Origin: Selaginella moellendorffii
Lineage: Eukaryota > Plantae > Lycopodiophyta
Reading direction: 5' to 3'
NCBI RefSeq assembly: GCF_000143415.4
Contig: NW_003314279.1
Location: 744,130 to 808,129, forward strand
DNA length: 64,000 nucleotides
Shown: one piece after another, positions 13,951 through 26,394 of the stretch
Numbering within the stretch: position 1 is the first letter of the stretch
Layout of the letters: the number at the start of each line of letters is the position of its first letter
The notes under the pieces: model-generated
The model's input: the letters and a program-made list of their open reading frames with translations, nothing else
Databases searched by the model: none
What the model was told of the DNA's origin: nothing
Made by a program: the position numbers and the translations under genes

Positions 13951-15880
13951 TGAACTTAAATCCAGGCTCCTTTTTCTTTTCTTTTTATTTCTTTTTTTTT
14001 GCTTTTACCTCTTTTCTTCTCTCTTTTAGGATGTGATCTCATAGGTGGAGCAAGCATGAGGCTGGATTTTCACCTCAAGGTTGCATCAACTCCTCTTGTC
14101 TAGAAGCTTGAGTATTTCTTAAATTGTTTTTCAAGGCTTCCAGATTTGCACTACATTAGTGCACTCTATACATCACCACTATCATTCTCCATCACTCACA
14201 GTCATCATCCATTCATTCTTTTACTTTCTCCACCATAGTTTCATACTTAATAAAGTTTCTCACTCATTTTTCATACCATGTACACACAATCTAAGGGATC
14301 CCATTATATCACTATCTTCAACATTAGTAGACATGACAAATGAATCAAGAATCAACAAAATCTGATATACCAAAGTCAAAATCAAACTCTCATAATGCAA
14401 CAATTCCAACCAAATCTAGGATATTTAGTAGTTGGTTTTCAAGAGTCAATTAAACCTGATACACATAGGAGACCAAACATTACCATGGGCAAATGTTTGT
14501 TCCTAATCCTGACAATATCTTCCAACACAAGTAGTGATCCATGCACCAAAATAGATAGCAAGCTTTTTCTTTTTCTACAACTTGTATATGAATTGTTGAC
14601 CACTTTGACAGTTATTAGAAGCTCACAAATCCCCTCCACTACCATTACATTATAATTGGACATCATATTCATCCACATTCCATTCCTTCAGCCACCATCT
14701 TTCATCACTCCAATAGTTACCATCCCCAGGTAATATATTCATTCTACCATTCCATGTCCTTGGAACTTTGGGCATGACCAGGCTATGCTGAAGGAACTTT
14801 CTAGAGGTGAGGGGACTTGAGATGGAATTCCAGGTAAGTGATTCCCCTCCATTTGGTTTTATGTTTTTTCATTGCTCTTTTTTGCTTTTGCTTTCTTTTC
14901 CACTTACTCTACTTTTAGTCAAGTGTCAAGTTCTTACTTTTAAAAAAAAGGAAGGGAAAATTAGGAACCTGAAACTTTTCACTTCCTCCTTTTCTCTTTT
15001 ATTTCTTTTTCTTTTGTGTTCCCCTCCACTTTTTCTAGCAATAGTGTTGACACAACACATCATATTGTAGCATTGTGGGTTTCTCATATGTGATGGAGTT
15101 TGGCACAATCTCCCATGGTCATCTATTAGTATATGCATAGCATTTGAGTGAGATTTCATAGAATATTCCACTATTGGAATATTCTAGAGGCATAAGGAGA
15201 TTTTAAGGCAGAGGGGTATATTCTTTCTTCTCTCCACTTTTAGGGCAGGGGGTTCGCACAAAAGATTTTGTTTATATGTTTCTCCGAATGTTGATTAAAA
15301 TTCCTTAGGATTGTGACATGTATATCAGATGAGCACAATTAAATGTGGAGGCTTTGTATGGTGAGAACTTTCTCTATTTTGTCTACTCTTACTTTCAAGA
15401 AGTCTTAAAACACAAACAAAGCTACCCATTATCTAGATTTGTGTATTTCCATTATTATTTTCTAATCATGCTCTATGTTCTTCTTCTCCACACCATTATA
15501 ATCTTTGAGCATCAATTTCTTAAGTGTTAAGAGTCCATTTCCAATGCCATTTGTATCTTCTTTTAGATGAATCTTATTTATCATATTTGACAGGAATTAA
15601 AAGATGTAATAATGTGACTGAGATTAGTTTAAATAAATATTATTTTAAATTTTAAAATCCTGGTGAAAAAATACTAACCCTTCAACCTAAAATTTTTTAA
15701 TCATCCAAATTGTCACATAGCCAAAAACGCAATCATTAATAATAATGTGTTATTATAAAAATCTTTGTGAGTAAATCAATGTCTGGATATAAATATACAT
15801 ACAGCTCTACAATTAAAAATAAAATTAAAAAAATAATTTATAATATTAATTATTTTTAAAAATTTCTATATAATAAAAAT

Positions 15881-16768
15881 TTAAAAACTACATAACTTAT
15901 GATTATTTGTATTAGAGTTCCATAAAGCCATATTTGGATATTTTGCTCTATAAATAACTAAATTATAGTCATTTTGAACTGTGAAATATGCTGGTACAAA
16001 CAAATTAGTTTTATCACTCAAATAATTATTAGAATTCCATAATACCTCATTTCTATATTTTAAAACTAGATTTCCATTATTAAGAAGCTTTAAATAACAG
16101 TTAAATACATTTTTAAAGGAAAATAACTTATCCCAAATTTTTTTATCTTTTGAATATAAAAGCATATCACAATTGATTTTTAAAATTAGTATATTTTTTC
16201 CATTTGGGGAAACTAGAAAACTATCACTATAAAGTGCAGTGTTAAAATATAGAATACTGATTTTAATATTGCAATAAAATGAGTTGTCATTAGTAAAAAA
16301 AATGTTATTTGAATATGTAGAAAGAGATATAGAATCATCTGTTTTTAAATTATATTTTAATATATATGTATTAGTTTCTTTTTCAAAAGAATCTGAAGAA
16401 TAAAAATTTATTGTATCTATAATTGGATTTAATATATTCACAAAACCTTGAAATAAACTATGACCATTAATAGTTGAAACTGAGCTTTCAATTGAACATT
16501 TATCTTTTCGCTTTATAAATACAGAAACAATTCCTTCAGAAGTCTTAACTTCAATATCATCTCCATAAGTAGTTGAGTAAGAAGAACTTTTATCTTGGTC
16601 AATTTTCTTTAATAATTCATAAAATGCTCCAATAATTTTAGCCATATCTTGTGGATTAAAAAAACTTACTCTTCCAATTTTAGGTGAGCATTTTGGAGCA
16701 ATAATTTTATTAAAGCATATAAAAAATAAAATTGAAAGGAAATACATTCTGAGATAAATTTTTTTCAT
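15881..16768 (-). CDS. Secreted protein with C-terminal bulb-type (GNA/B-lectin) mannose-binding domain
   Basis: Intact intronless 295-aa ORF with a hydrophobic N-terminus. Three lectin subdomains: LVSPNG…LKINCDMLLY…IW, LKLLNNGNLVL…LWNSN, and QNDYNLVIY…LWNSNT (QxDxNxVxY motif). Confidence 0.8.
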   Translation of the reverse strand: MKKIYLRMYFLSILFFICFNKIIAPKCSPKIGRVSFFNPQDMAKIIGAFYELLKKIDQDKSSSYSTTYGDDIEVKTSEGIVSVFIKRKDKCSIESSVSTINGHSLFQGFVNILNPIIDTINFYSSDSFEKETNTYILKYNLKTDDSISLSTYSNNIFFTNDNSFYCNIKISILYFNTALYSDSFLVSPNGKNILILKINCDMLLYSKDKKIWDKLFSFKNVFNCYLKLLNNGNLVLKYRNEVLWNSNNYLSDKTNLFVPAYFTVQNDYNLVIYRAKYPNMALWNSNTNNHKLCSF

Positions 16769-18289
16769 TTTACTTTAATCTATAGGAATTAAATATTGAT
16801 TTATATAGTTATATTAATAAATTTATAATTAGGATTTTTTAATTTTAAAAATACTACTATTCATAATTTTTATTAGTTATATCGACCAAAAATTAATATT
16901 TTTTAGTCATTGAACACATGTCAAGTTTTCTAAGTTTTATTTTAATAAAAAATTAAAACTCAAAAAAGTGCTGATAATTGTTTTTGATACTCATTTAGAG
17001 GTACAATACATTGTCAAACACAAGGATGTTTAACATATTTAATGTGAAAGAAAAGAGGATGCAATCTTTTTTTATACATGATATTATGTAAGTTTTTTTA
17101 ATTCTATATAAGTATAACTATGTTTTACCTCTAGGATATGTGTAAAACAAAGTGTAAACCATGACTTTTAAAGTAAATAATACAAAATCAAGTTTGATTT
17201 TGTTGGTTTTGTTCTAGAGCAAGCTATGAATTTGTAAATATAACTTTGTTTGAACATCACATCAAAGTGATGATGTGACCTGGGTAACTATATCTTTTAT
17301 AGTCATATTTATTCTATATATGCAATGTATAATACTTTTAATTGGACATTATTAAAAAAATTATAAAGCGAACAAAAAAATATAAGTCACAGTTCCTCTC
17401 AAAGCATCACATGAGAAAGGGATAGAATTTCTTAGACAAGTCACACTAGTGGAAGCAAGCTGGACAACTTTGGTGGTAGCATATCATGCCAAGATAAATG
17501 CTTTCTTCCCCAAATTTTGGAGCAATTTTAGCTGTTGCTCCTTGACAAAAATTTAGCTGAAAAAGCCCCATCAATCAATCCATCTATCTAACTAGGACAA
17601 TTGCAAGCAACTAGGATCTCTCACTCAGTCAATATTTCCCTACCCCTACTGATTGAGGCTATTGTAGAAGGCCACCAGAGAATAAATAACTAGCCTAATA
17701 GATGTAAGAGCCTTGGAGAGTCACATTTCTTCGTCTTGGAGCCCTTATGGCCTCTCTTGGGAAGCACTTCGATCTTTTCCACCAAGGACACCAAGAGGCG
17801 AGGGTGTGGAATGTCTCTTGTGAGGCAATTCTATACCCTTTAATCAATGGGAGAGTAGATCACATGAAATTCTTTGATATGTTGCTATCTAGAATGTGAT
17901 GTCAAGTCTCAAAAGAAAATTCATATGTGCAAGCAAATGCTTCTCCCCCAGCCCTTGACAACTAAGGCCCTAGAAGGAATAAAAACAATAGAAAAACACC
18001 TCCTCAAGCTTGAGCATAAACTCACCCACTGCCACACCATACTAGAGACACCCACATGCTCTTGCTTTATCTCCCGTGGCACAGGAGCCTTTAATCCTAA
18101 ACATAAAGTATAAAAACTTTACATTTTCAAATTTCACATCACAGCAAATAGTACTCTTGAACACATTGATGGTGGCAAGTAGCTAGCGGCTTCTTAGAGA
18201 TTAGCTAGTCTTGATTCTTGAAGTGTTAGCTTCCTAGAGACTTTGTAGAATATATATACGAAAGCGAGGAAGTCGAGATCGAGGGGCGG

Positions 18290-19420
18290 AAGTACAAGTG
18301 GGGAGAGTCGGGTGCGGCTGAGATGTGCATGATGCACTGCAAAGCTCGAGGCCGTGGACATGTCCACCTGGCTGTGTGCAAGGACCAGAAGGACGACGGT
18401 GTCTGTGGCAAGGTGAAGTTTTTGGAAGAAGCTCGTCACGCAACTGTGAGATATGGTCCAGACTTCGACACTTCAAAAGACGAGCTCACTCATGCAACGT
18501 ACTGGAAGAACATGAAGTTTAAGGATCCCTGCTCGGAAGACGACCAGAGGCAGTTTGCTCTCTGCGGCCACTGCTGCCAATCTACCGAACACAACGGCAG
18601 CAGTAGCAGCTCAGGTAATCTACGTTTGGAAGCTCTTAGTTCGCATAACTCTCTGTTTTTTTTCTTTGCAGGTGATAGTACTTTCCAGGCTGAAGGAAAA
18701 TCGTATTGCATTGAGAAGCTGTGGCACGATCCAGTTCCCAAAGCAATCTCTTATACAGGCCACGTGACTGAAGACGGACACAACTTTGCATGCAACCACT
18801 CCAAAGACGTGTCCAGCCATGTCATTTTGTGGTGGATCGATCAGGATCCATGGGATCGCCGGACATTAAACCGAAGATGGTCAAGTTCCCAAAGAACCGT
18901 CTGCGTCTTCGAGGCCATAGTTCGTTTCATTCGAACCCGCATAGCTGCCAACCTTCAAGACGTAATGTCAGGGGTTCTCTTCGACGACCACGGACAGATC
19001 GCGATGGAGCGGGAGCACATGTCCGAGCTTCAGGTGGACAAGCTTATCGCTTTTGAAGACACCGGGGGAACCGTTTACTCGTCTGGGATTGCTCGCGTGG
19101 AAGAGATTCTAGTTCGCTCGGTCAGTGATCCAGCAGTGGCCGGCAAGAGTCCAGCAGTGGTGTTTCTGAGAGATGGTGACAACTATGGAGGTTTGGATCC
19201 CGTGCACTGCGTGAACCAACTCAAGAAGCTGGAACAGAGTCTCATCTTTCACACCATCATGTTTGCGACCGATCTGACCAATTGCGTGAAGAAACTTCTC
19301 ACCGACATGGCTGATGCTGGCGACGGCATGTTTCAAGTGAGCATTGACGAGATCCAGCTCTCGAGGAGCTTCGAAGACCTTTTAAAGAGTCTACGTCCCA
19401 GAGTGGCATCTCTCATGTAG
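18290..19420 (+). pseudogene. 3' fragment of a Cys/His-rich + von Willebrand factor A domain gene, frameshifted
   Basis: CxxHC…GRGHVHL..C, HATYW…FKDPC, GH.TEDGH.FAC and a GT-AG intron at about 18615-18671. The MIDAS motif FVVDRSGSM lies in a shifted frame (about 18826-18852); TGGTVYS, VVFLRDG and FHTIMF follow. No 5' part of the gene is present. Confidence 0.7.
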
Positions 19421-19591
19421 CTGGCTTCAGGAGGTATGAACTCTACTATATCATTTTTTTTCGAGATCATACTACTGACAATCCTGCTCTTCATTCCAGG
19501 ATATAGGACATATGGCAGAGAGGAAAGCAATCGTAATTTACATTTCCTTTGTCATGTTTTCACTGTGTGTCTACTCCTAGATCGAAGTAAG

Positions 19592-20115
19592 TTATCCAGA
19601 ACTCGACTTAGCGAGCCAGCTTTTCTTGAGCCTGGGCCTCTTGAAGTGAAAGCTCCCGTCACCACAAGTCGCGTACAAGTTGGAGAGAGCCACATAGGCG
19701 CTCGAGTGCTGCGGATTCATTTCCACAATGCTCCCAGCAACTCTTTTGGCCCGCTCCTCGTCCCCGTGCACCTCACATGCTGACAGCAGCGTCATCCACG
19801 ACACCTCCTTGTCCTCATCCCGCATCGCGCTCACAAAGTATTCGGCCTCGCCAATCCTCCCGGCTCGTCCCAGCAAGTCGATCATGCAGCTGTAGTGCTC
19901 GACGTCTCGCTCCAGCTCGTGATCCACGGTCATGGACACAAAGTCATCACCACCTTGGCGGAGGAAGCCGGCATGGCTGCTGGCAGAGAGGATGGTGAGG
20001 AAAGTTATGGCATCCGGCCTCACACTGTCCTGCTGCATCAGCCACATCGACTTGAGAGCCCCACAAGCGTGGCCGTTGTGTGCAAAGCCAGCGATGATCC
20101 TGTTCCAGGACACAA
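19592..20115 (-). pseudogene. 5'-truncated PLS-PPR fragment (last repeats plus E domain)
   Basis: VVSWNRIIAGFAHNGH…PDAITFLTILSASSHAG…EHYSCMIDLLGRAGRI…AYVALSNLYA. Upstream sequence switches abruptly to AT-rich repeat DNA. Confidence 0.8.
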
Positions 20116-20824
20116 CGCAACTTTTCATTATTGTGAGGCATTTGCCAAAGAGATAAAAAAAGATTAAGAAGGAAACAAATTTCACATTACCTTCTTATAA
20201 AAAGTTTAATCATATAAATAGCAGTTTACTGCATGGTTCCTTTCTCTCAAATGATCAAAGTGCCTTGTGTTTATAGAGTTGGTACTTGGTGGTGCTAGTC
20301 CTATTGTTGTTTGGTTTTCCATGGTCTTCCTAGGCCTCTCTTTACTTCTTCAGCCCTTTTAGAACATGAGCAACAACAACACTACCACTACTTTACTCAT
20401 GCATCTCCAAATCAAGATTGGCATGATCATATGTAAAAAGAGGATTAAGAGCTTGCTTAGCTACTGCTACAATAAGAGCAGGATCTTGAGGGAAGTTATT
20501 GAAACTGGGCTGCCTACATAGAATGACAATACACACTATAAAAGGATTGATATGAATAACAAAAACTATTTACCAATATATGTCTTCATAATGTTTCTTT
20601 TGTAGTTGTTGTGGCAACTCTGGGACTATACCTTCCATGTCCATGCCTCTATATCTATTAACTCACTCAGATAGTGAAGTGAATGTAGTAAGCTAATGAT
20701 GCATATTATATTGTAACTTGAAATCCTCCTCTGCTAGACAAGCTACAACAATACTACCCAAGGGAGAAGCAACTCTATAATTGGCTCTTGGATGATTTCA
20801 TAGAGCAAGAGTCTAAACAATAAA

Positions 20825-21655
20825 TTTTGAGCATGTGGTTTTCACTTTTTATCTAATGGTGATTTACTATAGGATAACCATGAAGCAGAACTTAAACCTT
20901 TTATATGTCACATGCCACGTGTCCCCAAGGATAGTGGTGCGAAGCTCGAGTTTCAAGGCCTTGGGCCATTGAATGAAAAAACAGAGCCAAACTCCTAAAC
21001 ATGGAGCCAAGGAACAATGGCACTAGAGCACGGAATGACTTCTAAGTGTACACACTTTGGGCTCACTGCTTCCTTGATCTCCATGAGATTTCTAGGGCTT
21101 ATAACTTAAATAATAGGAATTTCTTGGGTTGTAATAAATTTAATTCAGACAAATAGACATGATTCAAATTTAGAAAAAACACTATTTGGATATGGGACAA
21201 ATATTATTGTGTTCAAGACAATCTTTACATTCTGTAGATATACTCAAATGAGCAAATCTAAACACTTTTCCATAAATAGTATTTAAGACCAAAATAAAAC
21301 TAACACAAAAGGTTTGATAGTGAGGGTGTTTGATAGACACAATAAGCTATCATGTAGCAATATTGAGGGATTAATCTCAATAAGTGAGGATTCTTGTCAC
21401 TAACCAATGCAAGATATAAGAAGATGGGAACTCCTTACCGGGCTAAGTATACTTAGCTAATATCATGTAGAAATTCCGTCCTTATGCTCATTTGGTCTAA
21501 GTACATTTGAAATGCTCAATTAACTCCACTAATACACGAGGGATTAATAAAGGGTCCAGCAATGCTAACATCTTACCATTGCGGCAGTAAGGAAAAAATA
21601 TCTGAAAGGATTAGTTGACAAATAACTTTTGATACCTAAAGTCACATTCATAACA
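20825..21655 (-). mobile_element. Decayed LTR plus adjacent internal fragment of the same family as 44531-44788/59550-60420
   Basis: 20857-21016 matches 44561-44738; 21190-21650 matches 59965-60420. Confidence 0.75.
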
Positions 21656-22358
21656 ACACATCCAAAAGCTTAATCATAGGGAAAATATTGCAAGAATAAT
21701 AGATTACATTTATAGTGTCAAGTGTGTTCAAAGGCCCAATTGAGCCGGTGGCACTCATAGCTTTCTCAATCATTATCCTCATGACCTAGCAATTAGAAAG
21801 ATGCAAGCAAGCTTTTTCTTTTTCCTCTTTTTTAGTTTTTGATTTTTGATGCAATTTAGTAAACACAAAAATGAAATTCTTAAATGATAAATCCATGTAC
21901 AATCTAGCAGCAGCCAGCTACTTTCTAGAGAATTTGCCTCATCCTTTCTCATACTTTGCTCTTTTTGATGTAGCAATCAATAGCAATAAGATGATTGTAA
22001 GCAAGTTGTGGTCCTATGTTAGTTTACTTGAAGCATCTAGAACCCAAAGATCAACCTTATCACTTTATCTAACATGGGATTAAATGAAACTATTAGTTAT
22101 CAATCGTAATCGATTTGGATTTAGTTGTTGCTATCAATTGTGAAGTTTATTTATAAGTGAGTTTGGAGAAACTCTTGCATTTGTGGATAGTTTTTATGCC
22201 AAAGATTGATCCATCCTTGTGAATGAAAATTTGTGCATAGAACAAGCAAAAACTCCAAAAACCAACACCAATTTAAAGAAAAGAAGGATCATAGAGCAAA
22301 CAATAGTAGGAAAAACTAAATTATAAGAATCTATTAATCATATCTAAGAAGGTATGTT

Positions 22359-23017
22359 TGTAAGCTCTTAAATTTAGACTTCCCGAGAAGTCATCCTTAA
22401 TTGATTGGAAAAGAGGGTGCACTCTTGTTCATAAGCCTTTTCCTTTTATATTTGAACCCTATGGATCATTTATCAAATTATTCTCTTTGATTGCTTATAA
22501 TCCATCACGCTTCCCTACAAATTCACGCCCTCATGAATGAAAGCTAAAAGCCGCAACTCTCCCAAGACCCCACACCCTACCCCTTGGGTCGAGCCCAACC
22601 GGAGCAAATTGGACATGTCAGATACTAATTAACATGTGGTGTGATTCCCTTAACCAACCAATAGAGTGACTCTCAGCTTCCAAAGACCCCACTCTCTTGA
22701 CACCCTACCCTTCGAGTTAAGCCCCACCGGAGCAAATTAAACTTACTAGATATCAATTAATATGTAGTGCGATTCCTTTAGCCAACCAACAGAGTTAAAC
22801 TCAAGACCTCTATGATACCAAATGTAAAATCTTAAATTGAGACTTCTCGAGAGGGTCACCCAACTCAGTATTATTCAAATCCAATGACATTTAACCCCAA
22901 GTATCCCAAGACCCTTAACCGATTAGAAAAAAGGGTACACTTTTGTTCATAGGCCCTTTTCTTCTATATTTGAACCTCATGGATCGTCTCTCAACTTGTT
23001 CTCTTTAATTGCTTACA
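22359..23017 (-). mobile_element. Cassandra-like TRIM (non-autonomous LTR retroelement with 5S rRNA-derived LTRs)
   Basis: LTRs at 22359-22499 (internally deleted) and 22823-23017 (TGTA…TACA); 5-bp TSD ATGTT at 22354-22358 and 23018-23022. Minus-strand PBS TGGTATCA next to the 5' LTR (22813-22820). LTR 22838-22898 read on the minus strand (ggttaaatgtcattggatttgaataatactgagttgggtgaccctctcgagaagtct) resembles the 5S rRNA A-box/C-box segment. Internal tandem duplication of about 120 bp. Confidence 0.85.
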
Positions 23018-25614
23018 ATGTTGTGTTCTCATCTAGTCCCAACTAGAAAGTAATAGCTATCAAAGTGCTAGGATCTTTATTATTATCATATTTCCTGCAA
23101 ATCCATGCTATTAACACCTTGGTATAGCATACACAACACAATCAATACTATGGGCAAGACTAGGAATGTTGAGATTGCACAGTTGCCACTTCAAGCTTCT
23201 TTCTTTGCCTAGCTAAGAGAGGAAGAGGAGCTCAATAAAAACATTTGATAGCAAGGAAAGTTTAGCTTGTTTCCAATATAGAACAATATATGCTATGTTT
23301 GATGCTCTTTTGCTAAATGAGTAAGAAGAGAAGGGCAAGAACCTACACATACGAACAAAAAAGAATAGTTTGCTAACTTCCTTTACTTCAAACCAAGTGA
23401 CTTTCATTTTGTATCTATATCATGGTTTCAAAACTTTAGTATAAGATTACCAAACTTAAAAGCTTTTTATGTAAATTTTAAAACTTATTCTTACATTTAT
23501 AAGTTATATCTATAATTATCCTTTTTTTAAAAAGGCATTTTTGATTAGATGGAGGTCTGATTAGTAATTTAATCACTTTTATATTAAATTGGATTAATCT
23601 TATCTAATTATCATATTAATTAATCTTACTAGTCTTATAGAGATTATACAGATATTTATGACTTTAAAAAAAATTGATACTAAGATATTAAACCCAGTTA
23701 AATAAGTCTAATTATAAGTCCCTTACTAGTAGTTCAGCACTCTCTAAAGTTTCATTTATAAGAGGTTGTTTAATATAGAGTTTCACCTTCTACTTGATAT
23801 TTAAAGCTTGCTATATGAATGCATAGGCATTTAAGATTATCATGGTATTAAGTTTCTATATTTGAGGGAGATTAATAATGGAATATGATTAAGTTGATTA
23901 TTTTAAATTAAAATCCTTATAAATATAGTAAAATTATATCCTTATAAATATATAAAAATATACAAGAATAGATAGACTTGATTCAATCTCAAATAGATGG
24001 TCCATATATTATAGTACTATAATTACCATATTACCTAGGTACGATGATACACATATATACCACCAAATGATGCTTTTAAGTTTGTTTGCTATCCTTTAAG
24101 ACCACTTTTAACTCAAATTTACAACTATTAACAAAATATGTTTTTGCATCTTCCCTTCAGTCAACAAATAATACCTATATTAACTTGCACTCATGGCCTT
24201 TGTCCTTGTCTAGCACCCCATATAGAAAATCAAATTCACTTCATTTATCCTTTACATCTTTTTATCCTTTTTTTGAAAAAAAGAAGGTGCTAAAATATTA
24301 GTTTTGTTTGGACTCATTACACTTATTTTCACTTTAACATCTATATTTGGCCTTACTTCATTATTGTATTCATTTGGCTTCACTATATCAAGGTTGAATA
24401 TTCTATTTAAACTCACTATACTCATTTTGACTTTGCAATTCATTTTATTCATTTACACTCCACTATCAAATTCATTCATCCTCACTCTTTCATCAATGTT
24501 GGATTTCTACTTATCCTCTCCCTCCTCCAAAGAAAAAAGAGTTTAAAGCATTGAAGTAAAGAAGAGAAGGCAAGAAAATTATGAAAGAAGAACAAAGTAA
24601 TAAAAAAGTATTGAAAGGTGAATTTTTATAGCAGAAATGAAGAAATAACTATAAAGACATGCACCTTAAAACTTGGAGAATAGGATTTTTTATTAACTTT
24701 CTTGTCAAGCTATGTGTTAAGGAGGTTGAACGGTGTGAATATTTAATTTACCTTGTGTTAATTGAACTATTAAATAAAGAAGTCCCTAAGAGAACACATA
24801 ATTTCTTTAACAACTATAAAATAAAGGCTTTTAGTGACATTCATAAGCAAACTCAATCAAAAAATTTGGCCAAAGTGACTCAACTATTGCAATAATAGAT
24901 TACTCAACACTAAAATTGATAAAAAACTCCATCAACAAAAAAAAAAGAAAAATTTTTAGTTTCATGCATATGTTAACATCCAAATTAGTATGAGGAGGAT
25001 AAGAAATATTGAACTCAATACTAAATTGAGAATGAAAATCATAAGAGTCATAAATGATTGACATATCAAAGAAATTTTGCAAATGAGGAAAAAAATTGAG
25101 GAACATAAAAAGGTCATTTAAACTAAGAAATAAGAAAATGTTGAAAAAAAATAAAAAATAAAGAGAAAGGATCAAATAATAAATTGAAAGAATAACACCT
25201 ACCCCGCAAAATCTTTAACTTATCTTCAAAGTTATATCCATAATAATAAAGTTTTTCATTTGTAACACATGTGATCATAGAATGAAATTTGGATATATTA
25301 TCATTATGGATCCTTAAAACCTTGGAAAATAAATAAGGATAAAATAACCATTAAGGGCTCTCTCATCAAGCAATTACCCCTTTTCCAGTTGGATTAAGGG
25401 GAGAGAGATAAGATGCATTACATCATCACAATTTAGAATTCATTTGAACTTATACACATCATTAGAAAAATTTAGTACCCCTCACTTCCACTAATATGAG
25501 TGTTTCGGATATGAAAATAAATATATTAATTAGGGTTTACACCCTTCTTAAATATAAAAATAGATAAACTAGGTTTGATCCCAAATAAATGTTCTATATA
25601 CTATAGTATACATA

Positions 25615-25714
25615 NNNNNNNNNNNNNNNNNNNNNNNNNNNNNNNNNNNNNNNNNNNNNNNNNNNNNNNNNNNNNNNNNNNNNNNNNNNNNNNNNNNNNN
25701 NNNNNNNNNNNNNN
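25615..25714. other. Assembly gap (100 N)
   Basis: Run of N. Confidence 1.
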
Positions 25715-25739
25715 TGTGTTTTGAATTAAATTAGGAATT

Positions 25740-26390
25740 ATCATTAAATCTAATTTATTTGGAAAACTTGTTGTGCAATAACACTTGGTTTGAATGTTTC
25801 TCCTATTTATTAATCCAATTGATCAAAGGTAAATTTATATTTATAAGTATATTTATAATATATAAACACAAAATTAATCTTAATTCATATCAACCAAATA
25901 GATGGTAGAATAAACTAAAATATACTAGAAAGTATTTATGAAAGTTTATTAATTATAAATATTTTTATAAATTATAAATAAAAGCTTAATCTAAATAAAT
26001 AACAATTGTTAGATGGTAAAATATCCTAGAATATCCAAACATTACTTAAACAAACTAAAAAGCTAGACACTTTCTAAACTTTAGTAGTACTAAATGAAAA
26101 ATTTGCTACGTGTTGCATGTATCAACATTTAGTTTGTTTAATAGTAGTGTTATTTTTACTTATTAATCTAATTGATCAAATAAAAGTTTATAACATGTTT
26201 ATAATTTATAAATACAAGATTAATCTTATTGCATATCAACCATTAGATGGTAGAATAAAAAAGAATATACTAGAAAGTGTTTAAGAAAGCTTATAAATTA
26301 TAAACATGTTTATAATTTATAAATATAATATTAATCTAAATGAATAACAATGGTTAAATGGTATAATATCCTAGAATATTCAATCATATT
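25740..26390. repeat. AT-rich diverged tandem duplication, period about 355 bp
   Basis: tattaatc.aattgatcaaa…catatcaacca…gatggtagaataaa…tatactagaaagt…atatcctagaatat occurs from about 25808 and again from about 26161. Confidence 0.75.
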
Positions 26391-26394
26391 ATAG

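Noticed and set aside
17703-17863. TGT…ACA-bounded segment resembling a solo LTR
   Set aside because: No matching target-site duplication and no second copy in the window.
22838-22898. 5S rRNA gene
   Set aside because: Only a diverged internal piece of about 60 bp, embedded in an LTR; it is part of the TRIM.
23020-25614. Short hydrophobic ORFs in AT-rich DNA
   Set aside because: Composition-driven, often without an ATG start, and no homology cues.
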